A stretch of 64,000 nucleotides of DNA from Balneolaceae bacterium (GTDB lineage Bacteria; Bacteroidota; Rhodothermia; Balneolales; Balneolaceae). The translations under genes and the position numbers were made by a program. The DNA is taken from contig REDS01000105.1 in NCBI GenBank assembly GCA_007693395.1, forward strand, positions 12,619 through 76,618, written 5' to 3'. This document shows positions 40,763-49,709 of this stretch, piece after piece (positions within the stretch are counted from its first letter, which is position 1; every line of letters starts with the position of its first letter). The notes under the pieces are model-generated. The model was given only the letters and a program-made list of their open reading frames with translations, did not search any database and had not been told where the DNA came from.

Positions 40763-41362
40763 ATGCAAGGTAAGATGAGCAGTATAGTGAGCAGATTGCT
40801 GATTGTAAGTTTCATGTTGATGAACTTGCTTTTCTTTACATCATGTGATTCACCAGAAGGTGACGGTTATAGCATCATTTTAGAACCAATTCAAAAGTTT
40901 TTTGATGCAGAAGGCCCCACTCAAGCAGTAGGGGGTAACAGCGAGCAGATGCTTGCCCAAACCCTTACGTTAGAAAGAGATGGTAACCTTACAGGTATTT
41001 ACCTTCCGATTGGTTGTACGAATGGCACGCTTGAAATAGAAATACGCAATGTTGAAGATGGCCTTCCCGGCTCAACTCTGCTTGCTAAAAACACCTACGA
41101 TGCAAGCGGTATACGATCAGAGGTCGGCACTTTTGAGAGATTTCATTTTCCTAAGGTGTCCGTTACAGCGGGTCAGCGTTTATCATTCGTATTAAAAAAT
41201 GAGAGCGGTTCATGTGGATTGAGCCGGGGTTTAGCGGGTGATCTCTATACTGAAGGAGATGCATTCTTTGATGCTCGTCCAAATGCTCCGGGATGGAGGC
41301 CGCTTACCATCGGTACCGGTATCCACGACTTAGTATTTCTAATGGTATTGGAGATGAAATGA
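40763..41362 (+). CDS. Hypothetical lipoprotein
   Basis: 199 aa. The signal plus lipobox is LLIVSFMLMNLLFFTSC. No motif is recognisable. Confidence 0.55.
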   Translation: MQGKMSSIVSRLLIVSFMLMNLLFFTSCDSPEGDGYSIILEPIQKFFDAEGPTQAVGGNSEQMLAQTLTLERDGNLTGIYLPIGCTNGTLEIEIRNVEDGLPGSTLLAKNTYDASGIRSEVGTFERFHFPKVSVTAGQRLSFVLKNESGSCGLSRGLAGDLYTEGDAFFDARPNAPGWRPLTIGTGIHDLVFLMVLEMK

Positions 41363-41798
41363 TTTCTTATGATATCGAAAGAAGAGAACAACCTGAGTTC
41401 GTTTAATAATATGTTGGTTGCGGCACTGATAGTCCCCTTCCACCTCAGGAGTATGTGGATTTAGGGGTGATTTAATCAGGAAATTCAGAAAAATAAAGGC
41501 TCAAAATCCTTGCGGTTCCCTCCTCTTACCCCTGCACCAAAAAGGTCAGGATCATTGACTTAAAGAAGGGCACATCTTTTGAAATTGCCTCGCCGTTAGG
41601 CGCGAAGCGCTCATTTTCTTAACACGAAGTGAAACACAATAAACAACGTTTTAGAATCGACCTAAGGTTAATAAGGTCAGTTTATTGCGCAAATACTTGA
41701 GCTCAGAAATGATTAAGTGGCTTGATTAACCATTTGCGGATAAATTGGCGGGGGTTGAGGTAAACTCAAAAATAGAGGAGGATGATTGTTAGCCTGCA

Positions 41799-42608
41799 TC
41801 AATAGTTGAAAATGTAAAGAGTTCTGTCGGAGTCAGAAGCAATAAATACAATTCTTTGTGAGGCATCCAGAGCAATTCCTTCCGGATCAAAAACATCGAT
41901 ATTATAGGCTTTAATTGGTGAGCCGTTCAAATCTGTAACAACAATCTTTTCTGATGTATCACTTACAATCCAAAGGCTGTTTTCAGCAATGTTGTAGCTG
42001 ATTCCTGACAGATCTTCTACCTCAAAAATTCCACTAAAATTGATAGTAGTGGTTTTTATAATCTCCATTTCAGGAGTTAATTCGTGCAGCTGCCTGGGGT
42101 TGGCTTCATTCACTACGTAAAAGTGCCCATTATTAGGATTTACTGTGATACCTTCAGGCCCGTCATTTTCGTTTTCTCCTTCTATATCAAGCTGTACTCT
42201 TTGCAGTTCTTCACCACTTCGTGATATGTTTACAATTTGCCTGAGTCTCTCCTCTACTACCCAGAGTGTATTATCATTTGGATCAACGATTATTCCTTCA
42301 AGATCATCACTATCCATCTCAATCTGTTCAACAATTTCACCCTGATAGGTGATTCGGTATATACCCCTGCCCGGATTGTCGCTCACCACCCACAATGTTT
42401 CACCATCCGGATCGAGTGCAAGCCCGGAGGGGTCCCTGATATCCAACGGAAACTCAGCAAGAAGAGTGATCTCCTCATACTCCTCACTTGGAGCAAGGGG
42501 TCTTTGCTCATCTGAACAGGAGTACCAAAATAGAAGCGAAATTTTAAACAGGACTATAAACAAAAAAGTAGGCTTGTGTGAACTGAACATCTGCTGGTTG
42601 ATTTCCAA
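41799..42608 (-). CDS. SdiA-regulated-domain (YjiK-like beta-propeller) lipoprotein
   Basis: 269 aa with the lipobox LLFWYSC. It repeats DPSGLALDPDGETLWVVSDN, LEGIIVDPNDNTLWVV, PEGITVNPNNGHFYVV, LSGISYNIAENSLWIVSD and PEGIALDASQRIVFIASD blades, as in the SdiA-regulated family. Confidence 0.6.
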   Translation of the reverse strand: MEINQQMFSSHKPTFLFIVLFKISLLFWYSCSDEQRPLAPSEEYEEITLLAEFPLDIRDPSGLALDPDGETLWVVSDNPGRGIYRITYQGEIVEQIEMDSDDLEGIIVDPNDNTLWVVEERLRQIVNISRSGEELQRVQLDIEGENENDGPEGITVNPNNGHFYVVNEANPRQLHELTPEMEIIKTTTINFSGIFEVEDLSGISYNIAENSLWIVSDTSEKIVVTDLNGSPIKAYNIDVFDPEGIALDASQRIVFIASDSDRTLYIFNY

Positions 42609-42676
42609 AAAGTTCTGCTGTTTGCGTATGTAAGTTTAGTTAGTAGTTTAACCAAATTTTAAAATCAGAAGAAGAA

Positions 42677-43183
42677 ATGAAAAAAGATAAAGCCAATTAC
42701 TCAGAACTGATAGGAAAACATACTCCGAATCATATCAATACAGCCATAGAAGTATTGAAGTCTGTAAAATTACCGGTTTATGATATGTATTCGTTTTCGG
42801 AACAACTTCAACGTTTTTCAAAACAAGCAGACTCATCCACAAAAGCAGCAATATTTAATCTGGAAAGAAGGGTGACGGGCCGAGATTTTCCAATCTTTTC
42901 ACTTGATAACGCAATTGAAAAATTATTTGGAACATTCAGGCCACTTCCTATTCCTGTTCCTTTCGAAAGATTTATTCCTGAGTTCGATTTTTCAGGTGAT
43001 TTTCGTGAACGCCCTTCAGCTCAAAAACTCTACGATGAAACGTATCCGGATAATCCTGGCGCAGCAGCATGTGCTTTCAATACATACAGGGATCTCCTAA
43101 ATCAAAATGCCGGGGAATTAGTAGCCCATATTGAGGGCTTAAAGGCAGGAAATAGATTTGTTCAAACTGGGCGCTGTGGTTAA
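42677..43183 (+). CDS. Hypothetical protein (orphan, AT-rich gene)
   Basis: 168-aa ORF with no signal peptide and no motif I recognise. It is convergent with the kinase gene, and the two stops are only 20 nt apart. Confidence 0.45.
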   Translation: MKKDKANYSELIGKHTPNHINTAIEVLKSVKLPVYDMYSFSEQLQRFSKQADSSTKAAIFNLERRVTGRDFPIFSLDNAIEKLFGTFRPLPIPVPFERFIPEFDFSGDFRERPSAQKLYDETYPDNPGAAACAFNTYRDLLNQNAGELVAHIEGLKAGNRFVQTGRCG

Positions 43184-43203
43184 CACTCGAATTTATGAAT
43201 TCT

Positions 43204-45987
43204 TTAATAAATGGTATCTGCAGAAAAAAGAGATAGCTCGGAATAGGCCTCCCTTAGTAGTGCAGCGTAGGGATGGCCCGTTGGGGCGTACAAAGAGAGT
43301 TCTTTTTTTGCTTCACCAAGGTGATTCATTGCAATTTCAAGCTGGCCGATTGCAGCTTTTTCTTTGGCAAGGTGAATTTTAAGTCGGGCTAAATCGGCAA
43401 ATTGTCCGGGCGGAATGGGTAGCGATAGTGCATGTTTGAAAGCAGAAATAGCGTCATGAGGGCGCCCATGAGAGGTAGCGCAGACACCTTCAGCTTCAAA
43501 AAGAGCAAGGTGATAGTCTGTGGTCATGAAATCTGTTTCTGATTCCTCGATGCGATCGTAGATTCTCCGGATCATCTCAATTCCTGAAACGATTTCCTCG
43601 CCGGAGCAAAGAATTTGAGCTAAAGACGCTTCAACCCAGGCAAGATTGCCATGCATAACCGTTTCAGACTCCTGAAATAGATGTCGCGCATGAGAGAGTG
43701 CAGCTTCCGCCTTTTTCCAATTTTGGCTGGCCATCAGAACTTGAGCCTGTCCATAATGCAGCCAAACGTACTCATCCAGATTTTCAAGCTCCCTGGCCGC
43801 AGCCCACTCTTCACTACTTAACCGTGCTGTGACAAGAGCTTCATCAAAATCACCTCTGTACTTCTGAAGTCTTGCCAGTGTATTGAGGGCAGCTCCCCTG
43901 TATTCACTCGGTTTCTCCTCAAAAATCTCGTCGTAAAGATTAAAAACCTCAGCCAGGCTCTCTTCTCCATCGGTGAAACGCCCTAATTTTATTTGAACCA
44001 GTGCTGTATTGGCAAGAGATACGATATAGTTTAGATTGGTTGTTCCATGTATGTTTTTAGTATGAGTGTTCAGAAACGTTCTGATATCAAGTGATTTCTC
44101 AAGTTCATCGGTAAGGTTATATGCAATGCCCATATCCCAAAGCAGTCTTGTAATCAAAGCGGGAGAGTAGTTTTTGCCTGATTTTGCCTGATCAACAAAG
44201 GGGAGAAGCATTTTTTTGGCTTCATCATACTCACCATGCTGCATGCGAATCCGGGCCAAATCAAGCATGAGCCGTAAATCATTTTCGTCTGTCCGTTCGT
44301 CTGGTGCCAACAGTTCCTGAGCTTTGAAAAGAGAGGTTTCTGACTGTATAAAATCTCGCTGGCGCAGTAAAATTTTACTGTGAAGGCGATACGCTGCGAT
44401 AAGCTGATTTCTGTATTTATCTGTATCACTCTCAGCGAGTTCAATCGCTTTCTCAGCGAGTTCTGCTGCCCGTTCCAGTCTGTTCAGAGGTTCATAGATT
44501 GAACCGATCACGGTTAACATATCTGCACGTATGGCATTACTGCCGCTCTCCGGATTTAGGGCTTTTTCCACACCTATTTCAAGCAGTTCTTCTGTGGAGG
44601 GGATCTCATCACGCGGCCTGTCGGGCATATTTGCACTGAACAGATTAACCAGAAAACTCCGGAGTGTGTTTGATCGGTCAAGCTCTGCCTGCAACTGTTC
44701 AGTAAGAGATACGGCACGGTCCCGTTCCGAAGAAGTGATTGATTGCTGATAGATCAATAGTGCGATGAACGAAAAAAGGAATAGAAGGAATACGAGTGAA
44801 GCGGCTGCACCTGTTCGATGCCTCCCAACAAACTTTTTCAAACGATAGCTTCGTGTTGCCGGTCGCGCGTGTACCGGAAGCCCTGAGCAATATCGGGTAA
44901 TATCATCAAGAAGTTCCTGCACTGAACCATAGCGTTCATTCGGCTCTTTCCGTAAAGCTTTCAAGCAGATAGTATCCAGATCACCTCTTAGATCGGATGG
45001 GGGGATTTTTTTTATGTATGATTTAACCGATGGCTTAACAGGCTCTTCTTCACGGATAATTTTGGTGATTTCAAAAAAGCTTTTGTTATTCAGATCGAAT
45101 GGCCGAGCACCGGCCAAAAGCTCATATAAAATCACTCCAAGGCTGTAAACATCTATGGATGTTGAAGGAGGTTCATTCTGAAACTGCTCGGGAGCAGCGT
45201 ATTCAGGTGTAAGAAGAGGTATCCCGGTTCTTGTTAGTGGTACTGCAGATCCGCTTTCATCAAGCAGCTTTGCAATTCCAAAGTCTAACAGTTTTACCCG
45301 CCCATCGTTGGTTACTAATATATTTCCGGGTTTCAGGTCTCTGTGCAAAATCAGGTTTTGATGTGCATAATTAACAGCTCTGCAAACAGATGTGAACAGG
45401 TTTAATCGTTCAATTAAATTGAGATTATGATCATTGCAATAATCAATAAAAGAAGCACCATCTACCAGCTCCATTACCATGTAGGGCCATCCCTCAGGGG
45501 TTACTCCCCCGTCAAATACCTTTGCGATGTTAGGATGGTTTAGTGAGGCTAAAATCTGGCGTTCATCCCGAAGACGCCTGAAACGATCTTCGCGATCAAT
45601 ACCGAATGGCTGCATGATTTTAATAACAACTTCCCGTTCAAACTCTCCATCTGTTCGTTTTGCCCGGTAAACCACACTCATTCCGCCACGGCCAATTTCT
45701 TCAGAAATTTCATACCGGTCTATTTCAACATGATGGTTTTTAAAACTATCGGCAATATTTTGGATCGCCTGGTTTGATGTGAGTAAGCCATCAATACCGG
45801 AATCCAGAAAGTCGGGAGCTGCTTTTTCTGCCAGGAGCAGTGCAATTATTTCATTTTTAAAGAGCTCATCATGAACTTCAGACTCAATAAAATGCAGTGC
45901 TTCAGCTTCATCAAGTTCGAACGTTTTATCAAGAATCTCTTCGATATACTGCCATGTTTTTTTATCCATAGCAAAATTGATTGTCAT
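43204..45987 (-). CDS. Membrane Ser/Thr protein kinase with a large extracytoplasmic TPR-repeat region
   Basis: ORF 43204..46089. Plausible starts are M at 45987 or MDKKTWQYIEEILD at 45969. The Hanks kinase motifs are IGRGGMSVVYRA, VIKIM, HRDLKPGNILV, DFGIAK and TPEYAAPEQ. One TM segment (AAASLVFLLFLFSFIALLIYQ) is followed by about 500 aa of TPR-like helical repeats. Confidence 0.85.
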   Translation of the reverse strand: MTINFAMDKKTWQYIEEILDKTFELDEAEALHFIESEVHDELFKNEIIALLLAEKAAPDFLDSGIDGLLTSNQAIQNIADSFKNHHVEIDRYEISEEIGRGGMSVVYRAKRTDGEFEREVVIKIMQPFGIDREDRFRRLRDERQILASLNHPNIAKVFDGGVTPEGWPYMVMELVDGASFIDYCNDHNLNLIERLNLFTSVCRAVNYAHQNLILHRDLKPGNILVTNDGRVKLLDFGIAKLLDESGSAVPLTRTGIPLLTPEYAAPEQFQNEPPSTSIDVYSLGVILYELLAGARPFDLNNKSFFEITKIIREEEPVKPSVKSYIKKIPPSDLRGDLDTICLKALRKEPNERYGSVQELLDDITRYCSGLPVHARPATRSYRLKKFVGRHRTGAAASLVFLLFLFSFIALLIYQQSITSSERDRAVSLTEQLQAELDRSNTLRSFLVNLFSANMPDRPRDEIPSTEELLEIGVEKALNPESGSNAIRADMLTVIGSIYEPLNRLERAAELAEKAIELAESDTDKYRNQLIAAYRLHSKILLRQRDFIQSETSLFKAQELLAPDERTDENDLRLMLDLARIRMQHGEYDEAKKMLLPFVDQAKSGKNYSPALITRLLWDMGIAYNLTDELEKSLDIRTFLNTHTKNIHGTTNLNYIVSLANTALVQIKLGRFTDGEESLAEVFNLYDEIFEEKPSEYRGAALNTLARLQKYRGDFDEALVTARLSSEEWAAARELENLDEYVWLHYGQAQVLMASQNWKKAEAALSHARHLFQESETVMHGNLAWVEASLAQILCSGEEIVSGIEMIRRIYDRIEESETDFMTTDYHLALFEAEGVCATSHGRPHDAISAFKHALSLPIPPGQFADLARLKIHLAKEKAAIGQLEIAMNHLGEAKKELSLYAPTGHPYAALLREAYSELSLFSADTIY

Positions 45988-46036
45988 TTTTATCGACCGG
46001 CGACAGGTTGATTCAGGCCGGTGTACAGCAAGTTTA

Positions 46037-46603
46037 TCAAAGACCGGACAATTCTCTTGAGAGCCACATTCTGGCTTTTCTCCAGTCATTCCTGACCGTT
46101 CGGTCAGTTACTCCGAGATACAATGCAATCTCATCATCATTCATGGCAGCAAAAAATTTACACTCAACAACTACGCTTAATCGGCTGTTTAGTTTCTCTA
46201 ATTTGCACAAGGCCAGGTCTAAATCAAGAAGTTCGAGGCAGTGTTCTGTTCCGGGCAATAACTCTTCGCTCAAAGTTTTGTTGAAAGCTTCACCACCTCG
46301 TTTTTTTGCAGTTTTTTTTCTGTAATAATCTACAAGTATCTGCCGCATCACCTTTCCGCACAGAGCAAAAAAATGAACCCTGTTCTCTAAAGTTAATTTC
46401 TCCTTGTCAAAGAGTTTCAGGTACGCTTCGTGAACCAGCGCGGTTGTGTTGATTGTGTCGGAATTACTGAGTTCTCTCAGGTAGAAATGAGCCATTTGTT
46501 GTAATTCATTATAAACGATGTCGAACAGATTGTTTACAGAATCAGTGTCACCTTTTCCGGCTTCTTTGAGTAAAATGGTAACTGTTTTAGGGCTATCGGA
46601 CAT
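46037..46603 (-). CDS. ECF sigma factor of the kinase-associated Sigma70_ECF (TIGR02999 / ECF43-like) type
   Basis: 188 aa. LLKEAGKGDTDSVNNLFDIVYNELQQMAHFYL, TTALVHEAYLKLFD, HFFALCGKVMRQILVDYYRKK and the region-4 string IALYLGVTDRTVRNDWRKARMWLSREL are collinear with planctomycete-type ECF sigma factors that sit next to Ser/Thr kinases. Confidence 0.85.
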   Translation of the reverse strand: MSDSPKTVTILLKEAGKGDTDSVNNLFDIVYNELQQMAHFYLRELSNSDTINTTALVHEAYLKLFDKEKLTLENRVHFFALCGKVMRQILVDYYRKKTAKKRGGEAFNKTLSEELLPGTEHCLELLDLDLALCKLEKLNSRLSVVVECKFFAAMNDDEIALYLGVTDRTVRNDWRKARMWLSRELSGL

Positions 46604-46693
46604 TCTGTTCGGATTGTCTCTTAATTATTTGAAAAGAATGATAATTAAAACAATCATATAAATGAAAAAATGGAAATTTTTTTTTCACCCTGC

Positions 46694-47695
46694 CTAAGAA
46701 TTTTTAATAATGATTTTTAACTCTTCCTGAGTTTTAAAATGACGGAGGTTTTCACTGTTTTCAAGCTCTCTGAGGCACCCTTTCAAAGGTAATATAATGG
46801 GTTTGTTGTAACTCTGGGCAAGCGGCACTCCTCCTGAAGAGAGTACATTTTTATAGTTAAATACAAGGTAGTCTGCTGCGTTCATAAATTCCGGTACACA
46901 CTCCTCACGGATGAACTGAGGAATTAATACGATGTTATCGGTACTTCTTGCCAGTTTTCTGATCTTCTTGTAAAGTTTAATCTGCCCCTTTTTTACCGGG
47001 CCAACAATGATCAGTTTTTTCTGAATCGGTTCATCCTGAAAAATTTCGCACACTTTATCGATCTGTTTGTAGGCGCTTATATGGCCAAACATCAGGAATA
47101 GCCTGTCCTGCACTTTCAGGTTAACATTATAGCGATGGTTTATCGCCTCAACAGCAGCAGCCCGTGGCATAAGTTGTGGCGGATACTTTGGGTGGAGCCA
47201 TACTCTCATTTTGGTTTCAGATACTTTCAGAAATGTACTTGTATCTGAGCCTATCGCTTCACACTCAATAAGCAGTAAATGGGCTTTTTTTGCAAGCCAT
47301 TTTCTCCCGATATAATTGATCCACTCAAAACTGCAATCGAGCGGCATTTTGTTGTGAACAGACCAAATAAGTTTGCCTCCCAGAAGCACGTAGATTTGAA
47401 TGCAGATTAATTTGAACAGATAAAAAGGTATCGATAAAAATCCGGTACATTCTATCCAGTGGTAGTGAAGCACACTTTTTTTTCTGATAACCTGATGTGC
47501 AAGAAACTTAATATGACCAAGAGTACTTACCCCGGTTATTTTGAACTCGCTTGATGTTATCAGATCTTTGTACAGCAGATAGAGGTAGTCAGATTTTTTA
47601 TAGGCAAAACGAATGGGAGGTGCAACAAACAGTTTGCAGGGATTACTGCAGCCAAGCTCAGAGTAGAGATCCTGTAGTCGATTAAGCTTTTTCAT
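46694..47695 (-). CDS. Probable GT-B-fold glycosyltransferase (GT4-like)
   Basis: 333 aa. The C-terminal half (LIIVGPVKKGQ..., FMNAADYLVFNYKNVLSSGGVPLAQSYNKPIILP) looks like a GT1/GT4 nucleotide-sugar-binding domain. The N-terminal half is not diagnostic. The gene is AT-rich. Confidence 0.4.
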   Translation of the reverse strand: MKKLNRLQDLYSELGCSNPCKLFVAPPIRFAYKKSDYLYLLYKDLITSSEFKITGVSTLGHIKFLAHQVIRKKSVLHYHWIECTGFLSIPFYLFKLICIQIYVLLGGKLIWSVHNKMPLDCSFEWINYIGRKWLAKKAHLLLIECEAIGSDTSTFLKVSETKMRVWLHPKYPPQLMPRAAAVEAINHRYNVNLKVQDRLFLMFGHISAYKQIDKVCEIFQDEPIQKKLIIVGPVKKGQIKLYKKIRKLARSTDNIVLIPQFIREECVPEFMNAADYLVFNYKNVLSSGGVPLAQSYNKPIILPLKGCLRELENSENLRHFKTQEELKIIIKNS

Positions 47696-47709
47696 GCATC
47701 AGTGTTGAG

Positions 47710-48657
47710 TCAAAAAAAGTATTGCAAGCCGAATGAATGTACGGTACCGAAGCCGGTGGAAAACGGCACAAGTGCGTAATTTATCCGTATCGGTTCAATT
47801 TCCATTCCAATGCCAAAACTAAGCGGTCGCTCCGTTGGCCCAAACCGATATCCGGCCTGCAGGTAGAAGAGATCGCTTACATCAGCATTCAGTGCTACAC
47901 TTAAAAAGCCTTCATCAGGATCGCGGTCAATAAAATCGCTGGTGGGGTTCTCTTCAAGCGGCTTGCTCCAATCAAGATAAACTGACAAAAGTACAGGTAA
48001 ATCGTTTGCGCCCGGTGTGGTAAGATCTATTAAACTCAGTGCTGCACCCAGATTAAATGTGGCAGGTAAAATGGTGGATTGAAGATCGAGGCTTTCCATC
48101 GTGCCCAGGTTGTTTACTGATGCCGCAGTGCGTATGCGCCGGTTAAGAAATTCTACCGCAACTCCTGCATTGATGGCATACCCATTTGCCCGAAACTGGA
48201 AAACCTCTTCCCGTAAATATTGGGCAGTTGCACCAATCGAAACAGGGCCAAAGGTATGCGCTAAAGCCCCTGCAAGAGACAAATACCCAATGGAAAAATC
48301 GCCGGCCGACGGACCGGGCCTGTCTCTCGCTTCAAATCCGTCCGCGCGCGAGTTGTAGATACCGGCAGCAAATGCAGAGTTTGCGCGCAAAAAGTTGATT
48401 GCTGCAAACTGATTGTTTACACCGGAGATCCAAAGCGTATAGCTGGCATCAAGGCTGGATTGATCTTCAAGTGCGAGAAGTGCCGGATTGGTATATATTG
48501 CCGATGGCCCGGTTAACACTGCTGTGGAAGCTTCTGATATAGCCAGTAGGCGGGAAGACGGCCCAATGTTTAGAAAATCGAGCCCGCTGCCGGTATCCTG
48601 TGCTGCAGCTGAAATTGTTGTTAAGAGTGTGAGAAAGAAGAATAAAACCTTTTTCAT
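47710..48657 (-). CDS. PorV/PorQ-family outer-membrane beta-barrel (T9SS-associated family)
   Basis: 315 aa with signal MKKVLFFFLTLLTTISAAAQ. GLDFLNIGPSSRLLAISEASTAVLTGPSAIYTNPALLA resembles the PorV/PorQ N-terminal signature. The barrel ends in an aromatic terminus, GLQYFF. Confidence 0.6.
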   Translation of the reverse strand: MKKVLFFFLTLLTTISAAAQDTGSGLDFLNIGPSSRLLAISEASTAVLTGPSAIYTNPALLALEDQSSLDASYTLWISGVNNQFAAINFLRANSAFAAGIYNSRADGFEARDRPGPSAGDFSIGYLSLAGALAHTFGPVSIGATAQYLREEVFQFRANGYAINAGVAVEFLNRRIRTAASVNNLGTMESLDLQSTILPATFNLGAALSLIDLTTPGANDLPVLLSVYLDWSKPLEENPTSDFIDRDPDEGFLSVALNADVSDLFYLQAGYRFGPTERPLSFGIGMEIEPIRINYALVPFSTGFGTVHSFGLQYFF

Positions 48658-48662
48658 GTTGC

Positions 48663-49703
48663 TTAAATATGAAGCCTGATTGAAAAAACATGCATCGATG
48701 AAAACTGTGAGGGTTCCCTCACAAAAGCGTAATCTATGGAAGGAGAGAACCTGTCGTAAGGTAAATGTAGAGAAAATCCTGCAGTAGGCTGCAATTGATT
48801 TTCTCCTCCCGCATCGTAAAACTCAAAACCCGCTCTTATCGTAACCCGCTCATGGAGTGAATAACGGCTGCCCGCTCGAAAAAACGTAGTTTGAGAGATC
48901 TCCTCCGTTCTTACCATTGGAGGGAATCCATCCATAGTTCTTATGGTGGTATCTGCCCGTAGAACATCCGATGATTGAAACCGAAATTCCGCATCAAAAC
49001 TTAGAAGCCAGGCATCAGAAACCTCATACGCAGTACCGGTTATCAGCCTCAATGGAAAACTGTACACATTTACGGAACCTGCATTTTGTCCAAAAAGATC
49101 GGATGAATCGAACCTGTATTCGGAAAGAAGGTCTTTAATTGCTACTGCAAATGTTAGTCTGTTTGTGAGTGCAAACCGAAACCCGGCATCAATGCCAATA
49201 TTCTGAGAGTTGGGCAGTTCTGTGTGGTAATTGGCAAGATTGTATTTGATGCCAACTCCTGCCCAAATGCGTTCTGAAAATCGAATAGCAAAATTCCCGA
49301 TAAGCTGAAATTCATTTACAGAGAGCATACCTGTATGGTATCCGCTTGAGGTACGGCCATCAATATTACCAACCCTCGCATTAAGCAAGCTGATGGAAAG
49401 CCCTGCAGATGGAGGCAGTTGAATATTGGCTGTTACCATGTGAAGCTGGCGGTCGAACCGCAGTGCCGCAGTGGAAAAATCGAGCTGGATTGTTTCGGTG
49501 GGGATTGCAGCCATAGCAGGATTGTAGTACGCGTAGCTGCCCTCGTGGTGAACGGCAGTCATTGCATTTCCCATAGCCATTCCCCTGGCTGAGAACCCCA
49601 TTCGAGAAAAAGAACCGGCATATCCACCGGATTGTGCAATGGCATCAGCAGCTCCGAATGAAGCAATCAGAATAAATAATAAAATGGGTTTAACTGACTT
49701 CAT
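48663..49703 (-). CDS. Second PorV/PorQ-like outer-membrane beta-barrel
   Basis: 346 aa with signal ...ASFGAADAIAQ. MGFSARGMAMGNAMTAVHHEGSYAYYNPAMAA shows the same family-type motif (ARxxxMGxAxxAV....YxNPAxxA). It starts 6 nt downstream of the stop of the preceding gene. Confidence 0.5.
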   Translation of the reverse strand: MKSVKPILLFILIASFGAADAIAQSGGYAGSFSRMGFSARGMAMGNAMTAVHHEGSYAYYNPAMAAIPTETIQLDFSTAALRFDRQLHMVTANIQLPPSAGLSISLLNARVGNIDGRTSSGYHTGMLSVNEFQLIGNFAIRFSERIWAGVGIKYNLANYHTELPNSQNIGIDAGFRFALTNRLTFAVAIKDLLSEYRFDSSDLFGQNAGSVNVYSFPLRLITGTAYEVSDAWLLSFDAEFRFQSSDVLRADTTIRTMDGFPPMVRTEEISQTTFFRAGSRYSLHERVTIRAGFEFYDAGGENQLQPTAGFSLHLPYDRFSPSIDYAFVREPSQFSSMHVFSIRLHI

Positions 49704-49709
49704 CGCTGC

